A stretch of 64,000 bases of DNA, taken from the NCBI GenBank assembly GCA_044229845.1, contig JBGASG010000008.1:64001-128000 (forward strand), written 5' to 3'. Every line of letters starts with the position of its first letter. Within the stretch, counting starts at the first letter, position 1. A program made the position numbers and the translations under genes. The DNA is from Candidatus Obscuribacteraceae bacterium. GTDB taxonomy: Bacteria; Cyanobacteriota; Vampirovibrionia; Obscuribacterales; Obscuribacteraceae. Of the stretch, positions 28,505 through 36,088 are shown in pieces. Below the pieces are notes generated by a model that saw nothing but the letters and a program-made list of their open reading frames with translations, was not told the origin of the DNA and did no database searches.

Positions 28505-29788
28505 ATGACGACTGACAGTCTCTTTGGAACGCAGCAAAGCAACATGCAGCAGGGCAATACACACCAGGGTCCCAGCGGGTTCCTCAATTGGAATCAGAAT
28601 TCCCTGGTGGTTGATTTCGGCAAAATCACCAGCGCCGACGGCAGCGTGATTGGGTTTCTCTATGAAAACGGGCTGCTGCTCGGCCAAGCTCAGCCTCTGG
28701 GCACATGGGAAGGGCTGCGCGCCATAGAGGAATTGCCTGGCTGTGTATTCTCGGGAATCGACCGCTACGGCAACCCACTGGAATTGCCCGGCAACACAAG
28801 CGGTCCCACTGGTGGGCTGGTCTTCAACGACCGTCCATTCAACGTCATCACCGGGCGCATCTCAGACCAGGAACACCGCCTGGTCGGGCGACTGGACAAT
28901 GAAGGTGTCATACACGCCCGTCACCACAAAAATCCATCCGTGCTGCGCCCGCTCGATGAGAACACCCAACTGGCTATGGTGTTTCAGGGCATCAAGACCG
29001 ACGGCAGCCCACTGATGCTCGATTTCAAAAGACCGCTGCATATCTCCGGCAAAACCTACGCCGAAAACGAAATCATTCGCTATTTCGAACAGTACGACAA
29101 TCTCGGGCAAGCTCAACAGCGTTATGTGATGGATAGCATGATGCTCTGGGCTCAGTGCGGCATCCTGCAAGTGGTGCGCAAGAGCGAAGGCACCGCCGGG
29201 TTGGGCAACGTCAAACACGGAGCCTCCGGCGTCACCAGCGTGCGCCGCGGCGTGGTAACACTCGACCGCGACGAGTTCGAGACTGAAATCAAACTGTTCA
29301 AACAGTGGGGCGCGTTGGCATCTGCAAAAACGCGTTTCGGTCCTTACTATGAAGTGCGCCTGAACATGGTGGTGGCGCACGAGTTCGGGCACCAGTTGCA
29401 CTTTTGCTTGTCGCAAGCGACCCAAGATCGCATCAGAAAGATGTACGAAACCAAAAGACTAGAGTGCGATCAAAAGCATGCTCTGCCACCCGAGATCGAA
29501 AGCTATTCAGAGCTTCTGCAAGCGCATCAAATTCCCAATCGCGTTTTCATATCGGGTTACGCGCGTTCAAGCGAACATGAGTACTGGGCTGAGGCAGTCG
29601 GAGCATTCTCCTGCCTGGAAAGCCGGCTGCAGTTGCTGGAATTGGATCCGGACATTCACAATTTGCTCGTCGACATCGTGTTCAGACCTGAAGAAGTAAT
29701 GCGTCCGGTGGTACAGGAAATGATCGGCGATCTGCAAACCAGCCTGGTTCTGGGTGGCGAGTTTCCTGACGACCTGCTTAAGAAGTGA
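28505..29788 (+). CDS. Putative zinc metallopeptidase (zincin; lethal-factor/ATLF- or MtfA-like catalytic motifs)
   Basis: VAHEFGHQLH plus downstream SGYARSSEHEYWAE; start uncertain (28406 or 28505). Confidence 0.65.
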   Translation: MTTDSLFGTQQSNMQQGNTHQGPSGFLNWNQNSLVVDFGKITSADGSVIGFLYENGLLLGQAQPLGTWEGLRAIEELPGCVFSGIDRYGNPLELPGNTSGPTGGLVFNDRPFNVITGRISDQEHRLVGRLDNEGVIHARHHKNPSVLRPLDENTQLAMVFQGIKTDGSPLMLDFKRPLHISGKTYAENEIIRYFEQYDNLGQAQQRYVMDSMMLWAQCGILQVVRKSEGTAGLGNVKHGASGVTSVRRGVVTLDRDEFETEIKLFKQWGALASAKTRFGPYYEVRLNMVVAHEFGHQLHFCLSQATQDRIRKMYETKRLECDQKHALPPEIESYSELLQAHQIPNRVFISGYARSSEHEYWAEAVGAFSCLESRLQLLELDPDIHNLLVDIVFRPEEVMRPVVQEMIGDLQTSLVLGGEFPDDLLKK

Positions 29789-31962
29789 GGAAGAAACCCG
29801 CCGTGCGACGTCCTGGCACAGCCCAATATCTGGTTGTAATGATGGCTCTCAGTGTCACCATCGGTGCTACCGCCCCGGTGGGCTGGGCCGCATCACAGCA
29901 AATGAAACCCGCATTGAAGGCCATCGATCCGTCGCAAGTCAAAATGGATCCTGGTGATGGCTCCGGGGGCAGCTCCGACACAGCTCCCGCGCCCAGCCCC
30001 GAGCCGGTCGCCAAACCGCCGCTCGGCAAAATCAATGGTGCGCCTCTATCTAAAAAAGGTGCGGCTGCTGTGCCGCCGCCACCATCACCGGCACCAGCCG
30101 AGCCTGCCACCACCGTCGATGGCAGCGGCGCATCCGCCTATACGCCGGACAACAACGGTTACGGCACCTACGGCGACGCACCCGACAGCAGTGGCTCCAG
30201 TTCCGGTCCGGCGGCATCCTACGGCAGCGCTCCCTATTCCGGCGCTCCGTCCACTCCCGGCTCATACGGGACAGGCAAACCAGCCGGTTCAGTTGGTGGG
30301 CGTCCGCCGACCAGCAAATTGCCCATGCCGCCCGCTGGCACTAAAGCCGGTGGCAAACCCACTTCCAGACCAGCAGCCACCGCCGCAGGAAACCCTGCCG
30401 GGGGCGGCCTAAGCAGCATGATTCCGGAATTCGGACAGCCACTGCCGGCAGTGCAGGGCGGTGCGCCATCATCCGGGGCCGGCTGGTCTACAAATCAGTA
30501 TGCCCCCGCCGGCGGTGGCGGGAGCAGTGTCGCCCCCGGGCAGCTGGAAAGCCGCATCGTTCGCCTCGAACAACAGGCCTTCGGCTCGACGTATCCTGAG
30601 CACGAAATCGAAGATCGCGTCGACCACCTTGAGCAAGAGGTCTTAGGCAAGAAGTCAACAGATCCGCTCGACCAGCGAGTGTCCCGTATCGAGTCCAAAC
30701 TGGGCATACAGGCGACGTCATTCGGCGGACCACCGCCCCAACAGCGCACTCAAAGGCCTCCAGCACTCACGCAGCCGGTCTCAAAACCACCGGTGGTGGC
30801 ATCCAGACCACCTGAGACCGCCAACCCCATGGGAAGTGGCGGCGGCTTCCCGGCACAGGGTGGCGGCTTCCCGGCACAGGGCGGCGGCTTCCCGGCACAG
30901 GGCGGCGGCTTCCCGGCACAGGGCGGCGGCTTCCCGGCACAGGGCGGCGGCTTCCCGGCACAGGGCGGCGGCTTCCCGGCACAGGGCGGCGGCTTCCCGG
31001 CACAGGGCGGCGGCTTCCCGGCACAGGGCGGCGGCTTCCCGGCACAGGGCGGCGGCTTCCCGGCACAGGGCGGCGGTTTCCCGGCACAGGGCGGCGGTTT
31101 CCCGGCACAGGGCGGCGGTTTCCCGGCACAGGGCGGCGGTTTCCCGGCACAGGGCGGGACCTATCAGACCCAGGGCGGTTACCCGCAACAGGGCGGCTAT
31201 CCCGCGCAGCAACCGGCTGCCAAGCCGCCGGCTAAACCGGCTACGTCCGCAAAACCTGCCGCAAAACCAAAGCTTCCAGCCGGCATCGCCGTTCCGCAAG
31301 CGCCACCGCAGGTAGTGCCCGGCTCCGGACCGGCGGAAGAAGCACCGTTGCGCGACTTCGCTGCCAATGTGGACCTGGACAACTTCTACGACGTCGTCGG
31401 CAAGATGCCCTTTGATTTCGCAAAAGGCGAGTACTTCAGCCAGGTGCGCAAGTTTGAAGGCAATTATGCGCGCTGGGCGTCGTTCCCGATCAAGGTGCAC
31501 CTGCCGCAAGGTTCACCGCCTAACTGGAACCTGGTGCTGCAAAAATCAGTGAAACGCTGGGGGCAGTACATACCGATCAAAGAAGTGCCGCCGGCACAGG
31601 CAGCCGACATCGAAGTGGCATGGATCAATCGCTTGCCGCCGAAGCAACTTGGCTTGACGAACCTGGAAATCTTCAACGGCCGCATGCGCGTCACCATCTA
31701 TCTGTTGCGCCCGAATCTCTATCCGCAGGGTGTAAGCGATCAGATGCTCGGCGAGGTGGTTCTGCACCAGCTCGGGCACTCGCTGGGCATCTTCGGACAC
31801 AGCACATTCCCCACCGACGCCATGACGCCGCTTCCCGAGGGCACCAATCGTGCTAAAGCGAACGGCATCACAGTGCATGACGTCAACACATTGAAGAAGA
31901 TCTACGAATCCAATGGCTTGCCCGATGGCTACCAGAGCGGTCAGCCGGTGGTGTTCCCCTAG
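29785..31962 (+). CDS. Secreted Pro/Gly-rich protein with C-terminal matrixin-like (metzincin) domain
   Basis: Signal peptide; C-terminal HQLGHSLGIFGHS..PTDAM (three His plus Met-turn). Confidence 0.75.
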   Translation: MRKKPAVRRPGTAQYLVVMMALSVTIGATAPVGWAASQQMKPALKAIDPSQVKMDPGDGSGGSSDTAPAPSPEPVAKPPLGKINGAPLSKKGAAAVPPPPSPAPAEPATTVDGSGASAYTPDNNGYGTYGDAPDSSGSSSGPAASYGSAPYSGAPSTPGSYGTGKPAGSVGGRPPTSKLPMPPAGTKAGGKPTSRPAATAAGNPAGGGLSSMIPEFGQPLPAVQGGAPSSGAGWSTNQYAPAGGGGSSVAPGQLESRIVRLEQQAFGSTYPEHEIEDRVDHLEQEVLGKKSTDPLDQRVSRIESKLGIQATSFGGPPPQQRTQRPPALTQPVSKPPVVASRPPETANPMGSGGGFPAQGGGFPAQGGGFPAQGGGFPAQGGGFPAQGGGFPAQGGGFPAQGGGFPAQGGGFPAQGGGFPAQGGGFPAQGGGFPAQGGGFPAQGGGFPAQGGGFPAQGGTYQTQGGYPQQGGYPAQQPAAKPPAKPATSAKPAAKPKLPAGIAVPQAPPQVVPGSGPAEEAPLRDFAANVDLDNFYDVVGKMPFDFAKGEYFSQVRKFEGNYARWASFPIKVHLPQGSPPNWNLVLQKSVKRWGQYIPIKEVPPAQAADIEVAWINRLPPKQLGLTNLEIFNGRMRVTIYLLRPNLYPQGVSDQMLGEVVLHQLGHSLGIFGHSTFPTDAMTPLPEGTNRAKANGITVHDVNTLKKIYESNGLPDGYQSGQPVVFP
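30838..31152 (+). repeat. 15 x 21-bp near-perfect tandem repeat (GGCGGCGGYTTCCCGGCACAG; GGGFPAQ)
   Basis: Directly visible; 315 bp = 15 units. Confidence 0.97.
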
Positions 31963-32696
31963 TTCTTCCGTGCTACTAAGAAAAGCCGTTCCGCACCGAT
32001 CTCAAACGGATCGCCGTCGGTCGTGCTGTAGGTTTCTTCCGCAGTCAAACCAGCCGCAGCGAGCATGCGCACGATCTCGCCGATTGTGTGGATGTAGTGT
32101 GATGCAGATCGTTTCTCGACCTGACCTTTTTGCAAATAAGTAAGTTCACTGTCCAGCCGCGATTCGAGCGGCACGTATTCGTTTTTGATCAGCATGATGA
32201 TGTCGTCTGCTTGCACCCATTCTTTGACGCCGCCCGTGACGAGATAGGTCTCAGCCGCCATGGCTGTATCGATCAAGAAACGTCCGCCGGGTTTGAGGGC
32301 TCTGGCAATGCCGTCGAGAAACCGCTGAGTGTCTGCCGGAACGAAGTATCCGAAACTGTTTCCTGCGCAGAAAGCGGCATCGAATTGCGCCTGGTACGGC
32401 AGGGCGCGCATGTCATGACTTTCGAACCGCAGCCGATCCCAGATGTGTTGACGGCAGAGCGCCAGCATCTCCTCCGAGATGTCCACACCGGTGACGTCAA
32501 AACCGCAATGGGACATAGCAATGGCGTGGCGTCCGTTGCCAGCAGGAACGTCAAGAATGCGTTGCCCCTCCTCCAGATGTAGCGCTTCGACGAAGAAACT
32601 TACTTCGGCAGCGGTTATTTCAGGGGTGGTGAAGCGTCGCCAGAGGTCGGTGGCGACCCCCTGGAAGAACTGAGTAAACCATTCCTCTGTGGGCAT
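31959..32696 (-). CDS. Class I SAM-dependent methyltransferase
   Basis: ILDVPAGNGRH motif I, GVDIS, DMR, NSFGY, LKPGGRFLID. Start trimmed to MPTEEW. Confidence 0.9.
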   Translation of the reverse strand: MPTEEWFTQFFQGVATDLWRRFTTPEITAAEVSFFVEALHLEEGQRILDVPAGNGRHAIAMSHCGFDVTGVDISEEMLALCRQHIWDRLRFESHDMRALPYQAQFDAAFCAGNSFGYFVPADTQRFLDGIARALKPGGRFLIDTAMAAETYLVTGGVKEWVQADDIIMLIKNEYVPLESRLDSELTYLQKGQVEKRSASHYIHTIGEIVRMLAAAGLTAEETYSTTDGDPFEIGAERLFLVARKN

Positions 32697-32824
32697 TTGA
32701 GCGTCCTTTGCTGCGCCAATGATAATAATCGGTCCGCCCGGCGTAACAATGACCATCAGCTAAGGTTTTCGAGGCGAACTCAAGAGACAATGGCACCTTC
32801 AACCAGTCGCCTGAGGATACTCAC

Positions 32825-33670
32825 ATGGTCGTTGCCACGCAGCAAATCACCATTGCGCACAGCCCGGACTCCGATGATGCCTTCATGTTCTACGCGCTCG
32901 CCGCGGAAAAAATCGACACGCACGGATTGCAAGTCAAGCAAGTTTTGAAAGACATTCAATCGCTGAACGTCGATGCCAAGAACGGCGTCTACGAAGTTTC
33001 CGCAATTTCGTTCGCGGTCTTTCCGCAGATCGATGAAAAGTATTCGCTGATGCCCTGTGGTGCCAGCATGGGTCTTAACTATGGCCCGACCATCGTCTCC
33101 AAACGCCCTCTCACCAGGCTGGAACTGCGTAAAAGCAAACTGGCCATTCCCGGCAAACTGACCACCGCCTATCTGGTCGCCCGTCTCTACGAGCCAGACC
33201 TGAATGTCGTCGAAGTGCCGTTCGACAAAATTATCGACGCCGTCCAGGCTGGAGAAGTAGATGCCGGTTTACTGATTCACGAAGGTCAACTGACCTATGC
33301 CGACCTCGGCTTGACCAAAGTAGTCGACCTGGGTGAATGGTGGTACGAGAAATTCAAGCTGCCTCTGCCGCTGGGCGGCAACGTCATCCGCAAGGACCTC
33401 GGCGACAAAGTCATTCGTGATGCCACTTTGATGTTGCAAGAGTCCATCAAGTACTCACTTGCCCACCGCGAACAAGCACTCGAGTACGCCATGCAATTCG
33501 CCCGCGAGTTGAACAAACCGCAAGCGGACAAGTTCGTCGGCATGTACGTCAACGACCTGACAGTCGACTACGGCGACGATGGCCGCAAGGCGCTGCGCAA
33601 ACTATTCGAGCTGGCTTTCGAGAATCGTTTGATCGACAAGCCCGTCAAAGTGGAATTCGTCGAAATCTAA
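32825..33670 (+). CDS. mqnD: 1,4-dihydroxy-6-naphthoate synthase (futalosine menaquinone pathway)
   Basis: HSPDSDDAFMFYAL, DIQSLN, G..YGP, PGKLTTA, LIHEGQLTY, DLGEWW, LPLPLG, MYVN. Confidence 0.88.
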   Translation: MVVATQQITIAHSPDSDDAFMFYALAAEKIDTHGLQVKQVLKDIQSLNVDAKNGVYEVSAISFAVFPQIDEKYSLMPCGASMGLNYGPTIVSKRPLTRLELRKSKLAIPGKLTTAYLVARLYEPDLNVVEVPFDKIIDAVQAGEVDAGLLIHEGQLTYADLGLTKVVDLGEWWYEKFKLPLPLGGNVIRKDLGDKVIRDATLMLQESIKYSLAHREQALEYAMQFARELNKPQADKFVGMYVNDLTVDYGDDGRKALRKLFELAFENRLIDKPVKVEFVEI

Positions 33671-33679
33671 CGGCCACCC

Positions 33680-33982
33680 GTGCAAGAAGATCAAAACCTG
33701 CGAACCACCGGCGAGATCTACAAACCTCGCCCGTGGTTTTTGCGCACCGCCATAATCGGTTTGATCACAGGATTTGTTCTGGGAATCATCGGCACCATCG
33801 TCCTCGGGCTGTGCATGTCCGCGTACGGCAACACCAGTGTCACCGATGTCTTCACGGGCGAGAAGTTCATGAATTACCTGCCCGCCATCGGACTGGTGGG
33901 ACCAATATTTTCGGTATTTGCAGTGATTCTGGTCAGCTTTACCAAACTGCTGGAGCGCATCAAGCCGCCAGAAGATTTCTAG
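33680..33982 (+). CDS. Small two-TM membrane protein
   Basis: Follows mqnD by 9 nt; two hydrophobic helices. Confidence 0.7.
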   Translation: MQEDQNLRTTGEIYKPRPWFLRTAIIGLITGFVLGIIGTIVLGLCMSAYGNTSVTDVFTGEKFMNYLPAIGLVGPIFSVFAVILVSFTKLLERIKPPEDF

Positions 33983-33987
33983 CCTGA

Positions 33988-35394
33988 CTAGACACCAGGA
34001 GTGGTGCGAATTTTTCCCGCCTCGACCGCTTTCATCAAAGCGTCGTAATCGCGCTCATTTTGTTTTCGGTAAGCAAACGCGAACTTAGTCAGCGCTTCGT
34101 CGAAGGTATCACTGTTGCCCAGATAGCCGTAGAGAAGGGCCGGATCCCCAGTGCGGGCATGAGCGCGGGACAGCACGTATGCACACACTTCGGCGTAATC
34201 TTCGATGCCATCGGCGTCGAGTTCCGAGACGGCGACCGAACCCTTCATGTCCATCAGCTGGCGGAAGTAGAACTGCCTTTTGGGGCCGCTGCCCCAACCG
34301 AGAAACAAATCGAAGGCCGCCTGGATCAAACGCTGTCCGTTGACGATGCGTTCGCCGTTGTGCGCAAACTGACTCTTGCCCAGGTAGCGCTCCAGCACTG
34401 AACGATTCGCTTCCTTAACTTGCAAGAATATATAGTCGTCGACCTCTCCTTCACCCTGAAAAAGAGCGATACCGGCCGCGGTGCCAACGCTGCCGATGCC
34501 GACCACTTTGGCAGCCACGTCCACGAGATGATACCGCTGCATGAGTCTTTGACGGGATGGCCATAACGACTGCACGTAATGGATGAATACTTCTCGGGAA
34601 CTTTCCACGTCGGCTAAGCCGGAATGATAAACGAGTGGTGGCACGTCCTTGATACGCCGCTTGCCGTCGACCACTTCAGTCAGCTTGGCCAGTGCTCCGG
34701 CATGGCTGCGTTTCTCCAGCATGCGAATCATGGTCGATGTTTTGTGCTTAGACTTCAAACGCTTGATCAGATAGTCGAGGTTAATGCGCTCATACCAGAC
34801 ATCGAGCGAGCGAATCCGCGAAAACTCCTGCATCTTTTGCCGATAGGTTTTAGCCAGGGTGTATACACACCGCTCTACGGTGGCGTCGGAAAGCCCGTTG
34901 TCCGCACAGGCGATGGCAAAACTGGCCGCCAGGCGCTTTAAGTCCCACTCAAACGGACCGGGCAAGGTTTCATCGAAGTCATTGAGGTCGAAGATTACAT
35001 TGCGCTCCGGAGTTGCGAAGACGCCAAAGTTGGAGAGGTGACAGTCGCCGCATAGTTGCACTGGAGACTTCGTTCGCGGCATTTCGGACAGATCGCTTGC
35101 CATAATCAGCGCGGCGCCGCGGAAAAACGCAAACGGCGATTGCGCCATGCGCCCGTAGCGCAGAGGAATCAAATGCGCGCTGCGCGCATCATCTTGAGAA
35201 GCGAGCAGGCTGAGCGGGTCGACGCGATGCGCGGGCGGCTTCCACTGCCCGTTCGATCGTCTCGAGCATTGAGCACGCATTTCCTTGCCCTGTGCGACGC
35301 GCACTTTGTAGGACTGCCGGGGCTCGCGCAGATATGACCAGTCTTTGAGCAGACTGCTGGTGGTCATTTCGCGGGAATTGGTTCTGCGCTTCAT
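33988..35394 (-). CDS. DUF2252 family protein (kinase-like fold)
   Basis: RYGRMAQSPFAFFRG, CGDCHLSNFG, FDLNDFDE, WDLKRLA, KVVGIGSVG, LQVKEA, RAHART. Start set to MKRRT. Confidence 0.88.
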   Translation of the reverse strand: MKRRTNSREMTTSSLLKDWSYLREPRQSYKVRVAQGKEMRAQCSRRSNGQWKPPAHRVDPLSLLASQDDARSAHLIPLRYGRMAQSPFAFFRGAALIMASDLSEMPRTKSPVQLCGDCHLSNFGVFATPERNVIFDLNDFDETLPGPFEWDLKRLAASFAIACADNGLSDATVERCVYTLAKTYRQKMQEFSRIRSLDVWYERINLDYLIKRLKSKHKTSTMIRMLEKRSHAGALAKLTEVVDGKRRIKDVPPLVYHSGLADVESSREVFIHYVQSLWPSRQRLMQRYHLVDVAAKVVGIGSVGTAAGIALFQGEGEVDDYIFLQVKEANRSVLERYLGKSQFAHNGERIVNGQRLIQAAFDLFLGWGSGPKRQFYFRQLMDMKGSVAVSELDADGIEDYAEVCAYVLSRAHARTGDPALLYGYLGNSDTFDEALTKFAFAYRKQNERDYDALMKAVEAGKIRTTPGV

Positions 35395-35507
35395 GATTGA
35401 GACCCGATCAGTGAGTGGGGGTTGGGCTTTGAAAACTGCTGCGACGGCATAATAAGGTACCACCGTCTACGCATGCACTGATGATTTTTCGTGGCCGAGC
35501 AATTAAC

Positions 35508-35535
35508 TTGACAACCGCACCATAATTGGTAGCAT
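35508..35535 (+). promoter_or_regulatory. Sigma70-type promoter
   Basis: TTGACA-N16-TAGCAT with TG extended -10. Confidence 0.6.
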
Positions 35536-35541
35536 CGTACA

Positions 35542-35751
35542 TTGAAGGAACCTACGCGCAATTTGTCCTTTTAAATCAATCGCGGCGCACGCAGCACGCT
35601 GTAGATTTGGCGCGTGCCTTCACACCCGAAAAGGGTTACACAGGTAGAGGAAGGCTCGGATTAACCAACGGGGAACCAAGCAGGGAAATCCAAATCAGGT
35701 TTGCAAAACAGCTCAATGCACGCGCCCGCACGAGGGCGCGTGCATGTTTCG
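35542..35751 (+). ncRNA. Candidate structured sRNA or regulatory leader
   Basis: Starts after the promoter; TGAAGG/CCTTCA and TACGCGC/GCGCGTG stems, ACCC-GAAA-AGGGT hairpin, ends in a 12-bp perfect hairpin. Confidence 0.4.
35717..35751 (+). terminator. Strong hairpin, terminator-like
   Basis: ATGCACGCGCCC-GCACGA-GGGCGCGTGCAT then GTTTC (weak U-tract). Confidence 0.5.
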
Positions 35752-36088
35752 CACCAAGGCGTGACTATCGCGAGTTTGTGGTTAGACACGCGACTGCTAC
35801 GTCTTAGCAGCGAAACCGTCAACTTATAACGGAACTGCGCTTCGTCGTGCGCGCCGTATTTCGGTGCGCAGTCGTGATGCTCGGCGCCGCAGAGCGTTTG
35901 TTGGCACCAATTATGGTGGCAACATGTCCCAGCGCGAATGCGATGCCGGACGCGGGTGCAGGGCGAGGATACCCCTCGTCCTCTACCCTGCGTACGATCA
36001 GTGCGGCTCCGGAGAGGAACATCGATAGAGCGCGCTCCTGACACCGGGGGCGGTACCAGTTCGCGCACCAAAGCGGGAGGGCGCTATA

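Noticed and set aside
30838..31152. 21-bp repeat as CRISPR or DGR template; alternative-frame ORFs across it
   Set aside because: No spacers; it is an in-frame coding VNTR, and the other frames are open only because the unit lacks stop codons.
36044..36066. GGGCGGTACCAG resembling a T-box motif
   Set aside because: Poor match to the T-box consensus, no following terminator, and the downstream gene is not amino-acid related.
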